DNA of 64,000 nucleotides from an uncultured Thermoplasmatales archaeon (GTDB lineage Archaea; Thermoplasmatota; E2; DHVEG-1): NCBI GenBank assembly GCA_964481275.1, contig CAYZTD010000001.1, positions 50,989 to 114,988 of the forward strand, read 5' to 3'. Shown piece by piece: positions 35,814 to 46,383 of this stretch (position 1 is its first letter; each line of letters starts with the position of its first letter). The notes under the pieces were generated by a model. It saw only the letters and a program-made list of their open reading frames with translations, ran no database searches and was not told where the DNA came from. The position numbers and the translations under genes were made by a program.

Positions 35814-37595
35814 ATGGTAAATGATAAAAAATTTTTGCTTAGACGTGGATTGTTGTTTTTATCTGTTTTTATAGCTGTATTTTGTTTTTTTGGTATTTCA
35901 GCTCAGGCTTTATCTGTTGATAAGTATGCTCCAGTTTTTTATTTTGAATCTGAAGAAACATGTTTTCCTGTAGATGTTTCGTATCATATTAATAATTCCA
36001 ATCTTGATTCTATTGGAGAAGATCCTTACAATGTTTTTCCTATTGAAACTTCAGAATTAGATCTATCTAATCTTTCATCTATCATTTCTGAGGGGGAAGT
36101 TCAAAACACATATCTTGATAACAATATAGGCTCTGTTGATGATAGAGATATTATAAAGGATTATCAAAGTAAAGAAAAATCTCTTGGTTATACTGTTTAT
36201 TATAGAACTTTTGAAAAATCAGGAAATGAAATAGTTCAGTTTTGGATGTTTTATGCTTTTAATGATGGTGAACTAAATAAACATGAGGGTGACTGGGAGA
36301 TGGTACAAGTTGTTGTACCAAGTAGTGGTTCTAAATGGGTTTCTTATAGTCAGCATCATAGTGGACAGAAGGCAAATTGGAATCAAATAGATAAAGATGA
36401 AAATAACATTAAGGTATATGTTGCCCGTGGTTCTCATGCAAATTATCTTAAATCTTTTTCTGGTAAATTAGGTATAGGTATGGGTAGTGACTATGTAGGA
36501 TCAAACGGTAAAATACTAAAAAATGGTGATTACAATCTAGTGGAACTATCTGATCAAAGTTGGCTTGATTATCCAGGTCATTGGGGTGAAATAAATTCTG
36601 TTGAAGATTTAGCACTTGGAAAAGCAGGTCCTTTCGGACCAAAATATCGCGCGTCAGGTTCCATGTGGGATAATCCTATATCTTGGGGTAATGGTCTGAT
36701 GGAAGCATCAGATACTATGTTTATGTTGGAATGGTTTTTGTATTATTTTGTTGAAATATTTATTTTAGTTACTATAATTTCTCTTGCAATACTTTCTTTT
36801 AAGATTTATCGTAGGCATAAAAAACATGGTCTGGGACCACGTATTGTTTCAATGCTTTACATAGATGGATTTAACATAAAAACAATCGGAAACATTCTTT
36901 GTTTTGTAGGTATTTTTATAGCAATATTAGGTCTTTTTTATAATTGGTATTCAGTATCAGCAGATATTGATATCGAAGGCTATGGGACAGGAGGGATGAT
37001 GAATCTTATAGCACTTGATGGTATAAAAGGGATGCAGGTGTCTATTCCAGGTTCTGGTGGTGCTATACCTGTTGCAGCTGTAGTTATTCCTTTTTCTCTT
37101 ATTATCGGCATAGGTATTGTTTTTACAATAATTGCATCCATTGGTGTTTATAAGAGTAGAAAATTAGGATGGAAATATGTTTTTCGTGGTGTTAAGATTT
37201 TTTTACCTATTTTAATTCTTTTAGTTTTACTTATGGCTCTTGGTTTTATTGTTCCACAAGTTCCTGGAGAAGGAATGGAAGGTAGTGGTAATTATATTTC
37301 TGATTTGTTTGGTTCTATTAGTAGTACACCTTGGTCTGGCTCAAAAGAAATTGTACTTTCTATTTCAGATGAAGCATCTGGATATATTAATGTTAATTGG
37401 GGTCTTGGTCTTGGTTCTTATCTGCTACTTTTTGGTGGTTTTGTTATTTTGTTTGCTGGTATTTTAGAAATTATTACAAATAAAATATTTTTTGAACCAA
37501 AAAATAAAGATGTTCTTTCTGAAAAAGCAAAACCTGAAACTAAAAACGAAGTAGAAAACATAGAGGAGCAAGACGAGAAACCACCCATTTCATAA
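35814..37595 (+). CDS. Membrane protein: secreted N-terminal domain (possible Vps62/DUF946-like HEGDWE motif) plus C-terminal polytopic region
   Basis: Signal peptide; KHEGDWEMVQVV and ARGSHANY motifs; at least five TM helices in the C-terminal half. Family call is tentative. Confidence 0.4.
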   Translation: MVNDKKFLLRRGLLFLSVFIAVFCFFGISAQALSVDKYAPVFYFESEETCFPVDVSYHINNSNLDSIGEDPYNVFPIETSELDLSNLSSIISEGEVQNTYLDNNIGSVDDRDIIKDYQSKEKSLGYTVYYRTFEKSGNEIVQFWMFYAFNDGELNKHEGDWEMVQVVVPSSGSKWVSYSQHHSGQKANWNQIDKDENNIKVYVARGSHANYLKSFSGKLGIGMGSDYVGSNGKILKNGDYNLVELSDQSWLDYPGHWGEINSVEDLALGKAGPFGPKYRASGSMWDNPISWGNGLMEASDTMFMLEWFLYYFVEIFILVTIISLAILSFKIYRRHKKHGLGPRIVSMLYIDGFNIKTIGNILCFVGIFIAILGLFYNWYSVSADIDIEGYGTGGMMNLIALDGIKGMQVSIPGSGGAIPVAAVVIPFSLIIGIGIVFTIIASIGVYKSRKLGWKYVFRGVKIFLPILILLVLLMALGFIVPQVPGEGMEGSGNYISDLFGSISSTPWSGSKEIVLSISDEASGYINVNWGLGLGSYLLLFGGFVILFAGILEIITNKIFFEPKNKDVLSEKAKPETKNEVENIEEQDEKPPIS

Positions 37596-37646
37596 ATTGT
37601 TATTTTTTTTGTCAGAATTGTTTAATTGATAGTTATAAATCTGATC

Positions 37647-37716
37647 CAATATATTTATAGAAAAATTTATATAATATTAGATACTATATATATGATTAAG
37701 ATAATGATGTGATAAT
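37647..37716 (+). promoter_or_regulatory. Conserved promoter/5'-leader cassette, copy 1 (TATA-like TTTATATAAT ... aatgatgtgataat-ATG)
   Basis: ctgatccaatatatttatagaaaaatttatataatattagatactatatatatgattaagataatgatgtgataat. Near-identical to copies at 43454, 46312 and 48676. Confidence 0.6.
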
Positions 37717-40700
37717 ATGAGAAGAAAAATAATTAGCATACTTTTTGTGATATTTTTAACATGTACTGGATTAACTAGTTTAATTGGAAGTGCCACAGAA
37801 ACAAACAATCCCTTGTGGGAATATGATACTGGTGGTATATATGATGTGAATGATGTTGCTATGTCATCAGATGGTAATTTTCTGACAGCTGTTAGTGAAG
37901 ATCTTTATTTCTGGCAAAAAGATGACAGCACTCCTCAGTGGATTTATGATGATACATCTTCAAATTACGGTGATGTTAGTATTTCTTCTGATGGTGTTTA
38001 TATTGCTGTTTCTAATGTTTTTCGTTTGAAATTCTTTGACAACAATGTAAACCACCAGCCCCAATGGGAATATGAAGGGGGAGGTTTTGGTTCGAATGCG
38101 ATTTCATCTGATGGAATTTGGATAGTTGCAGGTGGATGGAGTTCCCATAAGATATTTTTATTCAATAGAAATCAAGATGATTATTATGCTACACCTGATT
38201 GGACATATGATACAGGAGGAATAGTGGATTCGGTTGACATATCATCAGATGGAGAATATATTGTTGCTGGTAGTAAAAGTAACTATATTTATGTTTTTGA
38301 TAAGGATAGCAGTTCTCCATTATGGAGCTATGAAACAGTTGGTAAAGTAAAATCTGTTGCTATATCTGATGACGGAAATTATATTGTTGCCACCTGTTAT
38401 GGTAATAACGGCAATAAAGCTTATCTTTTTGAAAGGAGTAGTAGTGATCCAATTTGGATTCACGATATTTTTGCGCAATATCAAGATTCAGCTATTTCTT
38501 CTGATGGTTCATATATTGCTGTTGCAGCAGGGTTTCTTTACGTTTTTGATATTAACGGTTTGCTTTGGGACGCAGGTAGTTCTGTATGCAGTGTAGATAT
38601 AACTTCTGATGGAAATTATGTTGTTTCAGGCAGTGGAGGTGGTATTAATAAGATTAAATATTTTTCAACATCCAGTGATTCAGTTATATGGAATTATCAG
38701 GTTGGAGATGGTGTAAAATCTGTTGCTATTTCTGATGATGCTGAATATGTTTTTGCTAGCTCAGGTAGATATGATGGTAATGGTGGTAAAACTTATCTAT
38801 TTCATTGGACGAATGTACCTGATAATGAACCACCGGTTCCTGATCCTTCTGAATGGAATATTGAACCTTATGCGACGGGTCCTAATTCTATATCTATGAA
38901 AGCAGTTTCTGCTTCTGATTCTAGCGGTGGTGTTAAGTATTATTTTGAGGAGACTAGTGGTAATCCCGGGGGTAGTGATAGTGGTTGGCAGTCCAGTCGT
39001 AGTTATACTGATGATGATTTGTTAGCTGATACTCAGTATACTTATAAAGTTAAAACTAAGGATAGTATTGGAAATACTGGGGATTATTCCACTCAAAAAA
39101 GTGCTAGAACTGATTCCTCGTCTGAAAATGAAAAACCAAATAAACCTTCAAAACCACAAGGCTCAAATCTATTAATTACTGAAAAGCAATATACTTTTAC
39201 TACAAAAGCTGATGATCCTGATGGAGATGATATAAAATACGGATGGGATTGGAATGGTGATGATAGTGTTGACGAATGGACTGGTTTTTATTCATCTGGA
39301 GAAAATATAAATTTAGATCATAGTTGGAATAATGCTGGAACTTATGAAATAAAAGTAAAAGCTGAAGATGAAAATGGTGCTAAAAGCGTTTTTTCACAGC
39401 CTTTAAGCGTTACTGTTGAAGTAAATGAACCTCCTAACAAACCAGATACACCAACTGGCCCAATTTCTGGCTATACTGATCAATCTTATGCCTTTGAAAC
39501 AAAAACTACCGATCCTGGGCCAAGTTTTGATATTTCAACCAAATATGGGTGGGATTGGAATGGTGACGGTAGTGTTGACGAATGGACTGGTTTTTATTCA
39601 TCTGGGGAATCTATTTCTACCGAGCACAGCTGGAGCAATCCTGGAACATATAGTATTAAGGTAAAAGCAAGAGATATGTTTGAAGAAGAAAGTGTTTTCT
39701 CTGATTCTTTAGAAGTTACTATAGAGGAGCAGTTTAAAGATGTTACTTTTGATTATACCGCTGATCTAACCGATAAAATATGGAAACCTTATATTGGTTT
39801 AGATCCAGATGATAAAGATATTCATTTTAATGAAGGATCTTTACAAGTTTTTAATATGATATATAATGAAAATGATATTTATTTCTTCCAAGATCATGTT
39901 GGTGAAGCCTATATTGGATATCTATATACAGTTCCTATCATTGATGAAGAAGGGATTTTACATGAAGCTAGATTAACAGTCAATGGTGATTATGACCAAT
40001 TTTTGAGTATTAGTGGTTTTGCTCAAATAGCAAATATTGATATAGAACTTTTTGTAGAAGAAGTAGGATCAGATTATAATCGTCGTAAAACAGTATATTC
40101 TGATACTCAATCTGGATGGAGTCTCGATTTTCTTAATTCTTTTCGTGATGGTACTTATTCTTATGATTTAACTGGTGAAGGATCTCTTAATGAGGATGGA
40201 AATATTTGGTTATATCTGCATTTAAAAGAAGGTTATACATATAGGTTCTGGGTTGTTCTTAAAAGTAGTATTATGACAACTGGTCTACCTGGAGAATTAA
40301 TATCCTTAATAACTGGTCAACCTGCACCTAGCCTTATGGGACGTGCAAAAAGTGATAACTCAATAGAGTTAGATAACTTGAAACTTGAATGGGTGGATTA
40401 TGCTCTATTAAGATTCTCAAATGATGGTAACCACCGTCCCGACATACCAACCTCTCCATCATATAATGGTGAAAATTATAGAGTTGGGGATACTGTCGAT
40501 TTTTCTACATATATTTCAGATCCTGATGAAGATAAGATGTATTGTAAGTGGTATTGGGGTGATGGAACAGATAGCGGTTGGATGGGGCCTTATTCATCTG
40601 GCAGAATTGAAATCGAACATTTATGGGATAGTGTAGGTAATTACGAAGTGAGAGTAGAAACTAAAGATGTAAAAGGAGTTTTTTCTGGGATGTCTTCTTC

Positions 40701-41127
40701 TAGTTCTGTTTTTATTAATGTCTCAGAGCCTGAGGGTTCAATAGATATAACTTCACCGTCTGGTGATGATATTGCATGGATAAAAAACCAGGAGTATACT
40801 ATTTCGTGGAATTGTGATGGTGATGTTGGAGATTATGTTTCTATCGATTTAGTAAAAAAGACAATATTTAATGGTGAAGAAACATATGAGCTTGTTTGTC
40901 CTATTACCGTTGTAGATTCTGGTGATAGAAGCTATTCGTGGGTTCCTAATGTCGAACCTAGTCATAATTATCAAATAATGGTATATGGAACTAATTCTAT
41001 AGATTTAAGTGATCCTATTGAAATAAAGCAGACTAAAACTAAATCCGGGTTTATTGATGATTACTTTACATTTAAGAATCCATTAATAAAACAAATTCTT
41101 ATTAAATTATTTGAGCTATTAATTTAA
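37717..41127 (+). CDS. Large secreted surface protein: N-terminal beta-propeller (SSDGxYIA repeats), FN3, tandem PKD-like domains, conserved C-terminal tail
   Basis: Seven or more repeats of ISSDG-YIVAG/ISDDGNYIVA, FN3 block, two KYGWDWNGD...WTGFYSSGE PKD-like units. Conserved promoter cassette 37647-37716. Stop overlaps the leader of the next gene. Confidence 0.6.
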   Translation: MRRKIISILFVIFLTCTGLTSLIGSATETNNPLWEYDTGGIYDVNDVAMSSDGNFLTAVSEDLYFWQKDDSTPQWIYDDTSSNYGDVSISSDGVYIAVSNVFRLKFFDNNVNHQPQWEYEGGGFGSNAISSDGIWIVAGGWSSHKIFLFNRNQDDYYATPDWTYDTGGIVDSVDISSDGEYIVAGSKSNYIYVFDKDSSSPLWSYETVGKVKSVAISDDGNYIVATCYGNNGNKAYLFERSSSDPIWIHDIFAQYQDSAISSDGSYIAVAAGFLYVFDINGLLWDAGSSVCSVDITSDGNYVVSGSGGGINKIKYFSTSSDSVIWNYQVGDGVKSVAISDDAEYVFASSGRYDGNGGKTYLFHWTNVPDNEPPVPDPSEWNIEPYATGPNSISMKAVSASDSSGGVKYYFEETSGNPGGSDSGWQSSRSYTDDDLLADTQYTYKVKTKDSIGNTGDYSTQKSARTDSSSENEKPNKPSKPQGSNLLITEKQYTFTTKADDPDGDDIKYGWDWNGDDSVDEWTGFYSSGENINLDHSWNNAGTYEIKVKAEDENGAKSVFSQPLSVTVEVNEPPNKPDTPTGPISGYTDQSYAFETKTTDPGPSFDISTKYGWDWNGDGSVDEWTGFYSSGESISTEHSWSNPGTYSIKVKARDMFEEESVFSDSLEVTIEEQFKDVTFDYTADLTDKIWKPYIGLDPDDKDIHFNEGSLQVFNMIYNENDIYFFQDHVGEAYIGYLYTVPIIDEEGILHEARLTVNGDYDQFLSISGFAQIANIDIELFVEEVGSDYNRRKTVYSDTQSGWSLDFLNSFRDGTYSYDLTGEGSLNEDGNIWLYLHLKEGYTYRFWVVLKSSIMTTGLPGELISLITGQPAPSLMGRAKSDNSIELDNLKLEWVDYALLRFSNDGNHRPDIPTSPSYNGENYRVGDTVDFSTYISDPDEDKMYCKWYWGDGTDSGWMGPYSSGRIEIEHLWDSVGNYEVRVETKDVKGVFSGMSSSSSVFINVSEPEGSIDITSPSGDDIAWIKNQEYTISWNCDGDVGDYVSIDLVKKTIFNGEETYELVCPITVVDSGDRSYSWVPNVEPSHNYQIMVYGTNSIDLSDPIEIKQTKTKSGFIDDYFTFKNPLIKQILIKLFELLI

Positions 41128-41141
41128 ATGATGTGATAAAA

Positions 41142-43433
41142 GTGAAAGCAAAATTATTTTCATTATTTTTGATATTATTAATGATTCTAACAAGTTTTGG
41201 AACATTTGGAACAGAAAATATAGATGATGATAGCTATTGCGGATGTAAAGATTTAGATTTTAATCTTTCTACAACATTATGTGATCCACCAAATATTAAC
41301 GATACTTATTATCTCGGAATAAATGAAAGCTATTTTGTCGATGGTCCAGTTGATCCCTGTAAACCTAGATTCAATCCTGAAGAGGCTACTAGATTTGATT
41401 GGAGAGATCCAGATCATAATCCTACAGGTAGAGACTGTGTTACACCGGTAAGAGATCAAGCTGCTTGTGGTAGTTGTTGGGCTTTTGCAACTACAGCACC
41501 TATTGAAAGTAAAATAATGATTCAACATGGCTATGAATTTGATATTTCTGAGAGATGGCTTGTCAGCAAATGTTGTAGTGCTGGTGATTGTAATGGCGGT
41601 TGGTGGGCTTTTTCATGGTATAAACAAGATAAATCTCCTTGCAATGATTTTGGTATTGTACCAGAAGATGAACTTCCATACCCTCCAGAAGGTGATAGCT
41701 ATGGTGGCCCATGTGATAATTGCAATGATCTTTCTTTTCTTTACAAAATTGATAAATGGGCTTATGTAAAAGAAAAACATGGGGTTGCTCCTACAGATAG
41801 AATTAAGCAAGCTATTATGGATCATGGGCCTGTTGCTGCTGCAGTACATGTTGATCTTGGTTGGCAATTTTATTATTTACCTACAGCATATAGTGGATTC
41901 AAAGGGAGACCTAATCATGGTGTTACAATCGTTGGATGGGATGATAATGTAGGTCCTCATGGTTCTTGGATAATAAAAAATAGTTGGGGTTCTTTGTGGG
42001 GATGTAGAGCGGGATATGGAACTGAGAGAGGCTATATGTATATTCAATATGGTGCAAATAATATTGGATATGCTTCAGCATATGTTGGAAATGTCTTACC
42101 AAAAAATCCTCATACATCTGGTAAACCAAAAATTGTTATCGATTTAGATAAAGTTGGAGATATTGATCCTATTGAAGGTGTTGGCTGTGGAGATCCTGAG
42201 TGGTATTATGTGCTCACTGTCACTGAAGAAGATGGTGATATTCATACAATTAAGCAGGAAAATAAATTTTTAGATGAGGATAATGCTTATAAATGGGATC
42301 AAGCCCATGAATGGGACCTTTCAGCTGATTTAAATGAAGACAATACTAAAAGACATAGATATTTCTTAGAAGTTGATAGCAAGACAGTTGAGATATCTGT
42401 TAAACTTATGGAGGCAGATGAATGGGTTAGAATAGGTCCAATTTGGGTAGGTTGGGACGACTTAGCAGATGTTAGTCCTGTACCTGATCCTGATTATAAT
42501 ATAAACCCGCTTACAGGTTTGGGTGATTACGATGATGTTAATTTTCTTAATATTGGTTCAAGATCAATTGAGGAGTTAGAAGACAAAACAGTTTTTAAGA
42601 TAACATATAATGTTTGCGAACAGAGCTTTATCGCTCCAAAAACAGATGGTAGTGCTGATGGTAGTACTGATGTTGATGAAAATGATGCATATATTTATTT
42701 TAATGAAATAAGTGACAATTATGATTTACCCGTTGCAGAAATAAATGGAACGCCTTCTAAAGCGATTTTAAATTTAAATAGAACATTTAAGGCGGATTTG
42801 ACAAATGGAAGTCATGGTCCTTTTGAATATCAATGGGATTTTAGTTATGATGAAAATGAAGGTTTTAACATAGAAGCTACTGGTAAAAAAGTAAGTAAAA
42901 AATGGACATCAATTGGATCATATACTGTTGCTTTAAAAGTAAAAGATAATGTCGGTTGGTATTCAAAAGATTTAGTAACTACAGACATCAAAGTTGAGGA
43001 AAATCAACCACCAGATGTACCTTCTGTTACTGTTCCTTCTGAAGAGAAAGTAAAACCTGGTAAATATGATTTTACTTTTATAAGTATAGATCCTAATGAG
43101 GAAGGTGACAAAGTTTATTACAGATATAAATTACTTATTGAGAAAAAAATAGGTAAAAATGAAACTGTAAAGACAAGTGATTGGTTTGGTCCTTATGAAC
43201 CAAATACTGAACAAACTATCAAGATAAATTTAGCTGAAAAAAATACTGATTATATAGTTAGAGCTCAGTCTAAGGATCTTAGTGGCGCGGAAAGTGATTG
43301 GAGTTTAGGTTATGAGCAGCCTACACCTAAATCAAAAGATAAAAATATTGTTTTAGAGCCGATATTTAGAAATTTGTTAAAACTTTTCTTTAGTGATTGT
43401 TCTATATTTGGATATCTTAAAATAAATCTTTAA
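41142..43433 (+). CDS. Secreted papain-like (C1A) cysteine peptidase with PKD-like C-terminal domain and tail
   Basis: QAACGSCWAFATTAP (Cys), NHGVTIVGWDD (His), NSWGSLWG. GTG at 41142 follows 'aatgatgtgataaa', as in paralogs; the track's 41133 start lies inside the leader motif. Confidence 0.8.
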   Translation: MKAKLFSLFLILLMILTSFGTFGTENIDDDSYCGCKDLDFNLSTTLCDPPNINDTYYLGINESYFVDGPVDPCKPRFNPEEATRFDWRDPDHNPTGRDCVTPVRDQAACGSCWAFATTAPIESKIMIQHGYEFDISERWLVSKCCSAGDCNGGWWAFSWYKQDKSPCNDFGIVPEDELPYPPEGDSYGGPCDNCNDLSFLYKIDKWAYVKEKHGVAPTDRIKQAIMDHGPVAAAVHVDLGWQFYYLPTAYSGFKGRPNHGVTIVGWDDNVGPHGSWIIKNSWGSLWGCRAGYGTERGYMYIQYGANNIGYASAYVGNVLPKNPHTSGKPKIVIDLDKVGDIDPIEGVGCGDPEWYYVLTVTEEDGDIHTIKQENKFLDEDNAYKWDQAHEWDLSADLNEDNTKRHRYFLEVDSKTVEISVKLMEADEWVRIGPIWVGWDDLADVSPVPDPDYNINPLTGLGDYDDVNFLNIGSRSIEELEDKTVFKITYNVCEQSFIAPKTDGSADGSTDVDENDAYIYFNEISDNYDLPVAEINGTPSKAILNLNRTFKADLTNGSHGPFEYQWDFSYDENEGFNIEATGKKVSKKWTSIGSYTVALKVKDNVGWYSKDLVTTDIKVEENQPPDVPSVTVPSEEKVKPGKYDFTFISIDPNEEGDKVYYRYKLLIEKKIGKNETVKTSDWFGPYEPNTEQTIKINLAEKNTDYIVRAQSKDLSGAESDWSLGYEQPTPKSKDKNIVLEPIFRNLLKLFFSDCSIFGYLKINL

Positions 43434-43453
43434 ATCTTAGAATAACCATCTAA

Positions 43454-43526
43454 TATATTTATAGAAATATTTATATAATATTAGATACTATATATATGGT
43501 AAGTAATAGAAATGATGTGATTATTT
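43454..43526 (+). promoter_or_regulatory. Conserved promoter/5'-leader cassette, copy 2
   Basis: 68 nt identical to 46312-46379: tatatttatagaaatatttatataatattagatactatatatatggtaagtaatagaaatgatgtgat. Confidence 0.6.
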
Positions 43527-46277
43527 ATGAACGGAAAAATACTTTCTATATCACTAATTATTTTATTCATTGTTGGAAGTTTTGGTTCTGCTGGAATAAA
43601 ATTAAATAAAAATTCGGGATCTTGTTATGAAACTTTTGAAGAAAATATATGTAAAATTCAAGAAAAAGAGGTTTCTACTCAAGAATGGCTAAAAGATAAA
43701 GGGTTTTATCCATCTAATTCTGTAAAATTAACTTCAGGACTCCCTAGTAGTTTTGATTGGAGAGATCCTCAAGGCCGCTTGGGTGCAAACTGGGATTGTA
43801 CAACTCCTATAAAGAACCAAGGTGGTTGTGGTAGTTGTTGGGCTTTTGCAACAGTTGGAGTTCTTGAAAGTGCAGTTTTAATAAAGGATAATATGGTAAA
43901 AGATTTCTCCGAACAATATCTTGTAAGTTGTAACACTGATGATTGGGGATGTGATGGTGGATGGTGGGCTCATGATTATCATCAATGGAAAAAAGGTGCA
44001 AATGGGGAAGAAGATGTTGGCGCCGTTCTAGAAAGTCAAAAATCTTATCAAGCAAATGAAGAACCATGCGATCCAGATTATGATCACCCATATCAAATCG
44101 ATAGTTGGTCATATATAGGATCTTTGGGTCCTATAGGTGTTCCTTCTACAGAATCAATAAAACAAGCTATATACGACCATGGGCCTGTTTGTGTTGCAAT
44201 TTATGCAGATGACAAGTTTCAGGCTTATGATGAAGGTATATTTGATAAAAACGAAGGTGAACTTTTTAAACCTATCAACCACGCTGTTGTTCTTGTAGGT
44301 TGGGATGATGATTATCAGGGTACTGGAACCGGTGTTTGGATTCTTCGTAATTCTTGGGGTTCAGGTTGGGGTGATGGTGGATACATGTATATCAAATATG
44401 GTACATCTAATGTAGGTTGGGGTGCAAATTACATAGATTATAAAAGATCTGGTTCAGGAGAATTTAAAATAGATTTTATTATTGATGAAATTACAAATGA
44501 TCCTAATTCAGATTATGGGCCTTTTGAACCAATAGATTGGCCAGAATCAAATGAACCTGAGTGGTATTATAATGTCAAAATAGGTTCTATTATTCATAAA
44601 AGATTAAATGTTGATTATAGTGGTATATTTAACTTGATTGGTCTTGATTGGATTTCATCTTATACATGGAATCCAGAACAAATGCACATATATTATGTTG
44701 ATGACGTTATTGTGCAAGTAAAAATTGAGCTTTGGGATAATGATTGGGATTTTTTGGATATAGAACCCGATCAAGCAGATATCACAAAAAAAGCAGGTAG
44801 AACGTTTATAGGTAATTATAATCTCCAAGATGATGAATTGACTTACTTAGACGGAGAATTAGTAGATAAAGACGATGAAGGTTATTATGTAATCAAAGGA
44901 AATTATAATCCAGATGATGATAAATGTGACAATGCTAGAGTCAGATTTAAAATTGATGATAACTGTCATATTCAACCTGATTTAGAAACTGAAGGCGGAC
45001 CTTTAAGTTGGTCGAATGTTGAACCAGATGCAACAAAAACTGCAAATATTTATGTTAAAAATGATGGTGATGATAAGTCGTTACTTGATTGGGCTGTTGA
45101 AAGTAAGCCTGATTGGGTTTCAATTAACCCCTCCGAAGGTGATGATTTGAAACCTAGTGATGGTAGCAAATCTTTAGAAGTAACTGTTGAAGGTCCTGGA
45201 CAGGGTGAATCAAGTAGAAATGGGGAAATCAAGATAGTGAACACTCATAATAACAATGATTTTGAAATAATAGAAGTATCAATATCATTAAGTTCTCCAC
45301 CTGGAACTCCTAGTTTTACAGATGTTCCTAGTGAGGGTGTTGTTGGTGAGCATATTGCTTTTCATGCTGTGACGACTGATCCTGATGGTGATCGTGTTGC
45401 TTATTGGTTTGATTGGGGTGATGGTAGTAATTCTGGTTGGGTTGATAATGCTGGTAATTATTATGAATCTGGTAGCGAGGGTGGTTGTACTCATATTTGG
45501 GATTCTGCTGATACTTATGATGTAAAGGTTAAAGCAAAAGATATTAATGGGGTTGAAAGTGGTTTTTCTGATCCTACTTCTATTGTTATTAATACTCCTC
45601 CGGTAACTCCTGATAAACCATATATCTCTTCTTATGGTGCTACTGGTGCTTATTTTGAGTTTTGTAGTTCTGGTTATGATCCTGATTCTGATGAGGTTAA
45701 ATTTGGTTGGGATTGGGATAATGATGATGTTGTTGATGATTGGGGTGGTTGGTGTACTAGTTCTTCTAGTAGCCCTGCTGAGGATTGTTTTAGGCATACT
45801 TGGGATTCTGCTGGTACTTATTATGTTAAGGTTAGGTTAAAGGATAAAAATCAAGCTAAAAGTGGTTGGTCTGAAAGTTTAGAGGTAGTTGTAGAGGATA
45901 ATAATCCTGTTTCTGTTGATGCTGGTGGTCCTTATTCTGGTAAACCCAATGAGGATATCTTGTTTACTGCTTCTGCTAGTGGTGGTTTTGAGCCTTATTC
46001 TTTTTCTTGGACTTTTGATACTGATGATGAATTTGAGGTTGAGGGTAATCCTGTTACTCATAGTTGGAATAGTGAAGGAAGCTATTATTATGTAAGGGTT
46101 AAAGTTGTTGATGATAGAGGGCAGTTTGATATTGATGATTGTGATGTTACTGTTCGTAAATCTAAAAGTAAAATGCTTTTCAGATTTCTTGAGATCACAG
46201 GTTTGTTTAATATTGATATTTCTTTTATTATGGAAATATTGTATTTCTTTGATAGTTTATTATTTATAGATTCATGA
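43527..46277 (+). CDS. Secreted papain-like (C1A) cysteine peptidase with multiple C-terminal beta-domains and tail
   Basis: QGGCGSCWAFATVG, NHAVVLVGWDDD, NSWGSGWGDGGYMYI. Promoter cassette 43454-43526. The 3' third is GT-rich and A-poor. Confidence 0.8.
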   Translation: MNGKILSISLIILFIVGSFGSAGIKLNKNSGSCYETFEENICKIQEKEVSTQEWLKDKGFYPSNSVKLTSGLPSSFDWRDPQGRLGANWDCTTPIKNQGGCGSCWAFATVGVLESAVLIKDNMVKDFSEQYLVSCNTDDWGCDGGWWAHDYHQWKKGANGEEDVGAVLESQKSYQANEEPCDPDYDHPYQIDSWSYIGSLGPIGVPSTESIKQAIYDHGPVCVAIYADDKFQAYDEGIFDKNEGELFKPINHAVVLVGWDDDYQGTGTGVWILRNSWGSGWGDGGYMYIKYGTSNVGWGANYIDYKRSGSGEFKIDFIIDEITNDPNSDYGPFEPIDWPESNEPEWYYNVKIGSIIHKRLNVDYSGIFNLIGLDWISSYTWNPEQMHIYYVDDVIVQVKIELWDNDWDFLDIEPDQADITKKAGRTFIGNYNLQDDELTYLDGELVDKDDEGYYVIKGNYNPDDDKCDNARVRFKIDDNCHIQPDLETEGGPLSWSNVEPDATKTANIYVKNDGDDKSLLDWAVESKPDWVSINPSEGDDLKPSDGSKSLEVTVEGPGQGESSRNGEIKIVNTHNNNDFEIIEVSISLSSPPGTPSFTDVPSEGVVGEHIAFHAVTTDPDGDRVAYWFDWGDGSNSGWVDNAGNYYESGSEGGCTHIWDSADTYDVKVKAKDINGVESGFSDPTSIVINTPPVTPDKPYISSYGATGAYFEFCSSGYDPDSDEVKFGWDWDNDDVVDDWGGWCTSSSSSPAEDCFRHTWDSAGTYYVKVRLKDKNQAKSGWSESLEVVVEDNNPVSVDAGGPYSGKPNEDILFTASASGGFEPYSFSWTFDTDDEFEVEGNPVTHSWNSEGSYYYVRVKVVDDRGQFDIDDCDVTVRKSKSKMLFRFLEITGLFNIDISFIMEILYFFDSLLFIDS

Positions 46278-46311
46278 TGCTAAGTTTAGTTTCTTTAATC
46301 CATAAATATAG

Positions 46312-46383
46312 TATATTTATAGAAATATTTATATAATATTAGATACTATATATATGGTAAGTAATAGAAATGATGTGATAAAA
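46312..46383 (+). promoter_or_regulatory. Conserved promoter/5'-leader cassette, copy 3
   Basis: Identical to copy 2 over 68 nt; contains an in-frame ATG that misleads ORF calling. Confidence 0.6.

Noticed and set aside
41133..41141. Track-proposed GTG/TTG/upstream-ATG starts at 41133, 4447, 6942, 12130, 6163 and 46354
   Set aside because: Each extension consists of the conserved leader motif, or cassette, translated in frame. Paralog comparison places the true start 3-5 nt after ...GATGTGATAA.
45288..45797. Long antisense ORFs (45288..45797, 55546..56022, 62808..63137, 63363..63692, 17271..17651 and others) in the ORF track
   Set aside because: They lie antisense to well-supported genes whose sense strand is A-poor, so the antisense has few stop codons. 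The translations are low-complexity (T/I/R/N-rich) with no motifs.
45290..46130. A-depleted coding segments as variable regions of a diversity-generating retroelement
   Set aside because: No reverse transcriptase gene, template repeat or IMH-like element is visible in the window. The depletion spans whole multi-domain regions, not a short 3' variable region. Codon-bias cassettes are a simpler explanation.
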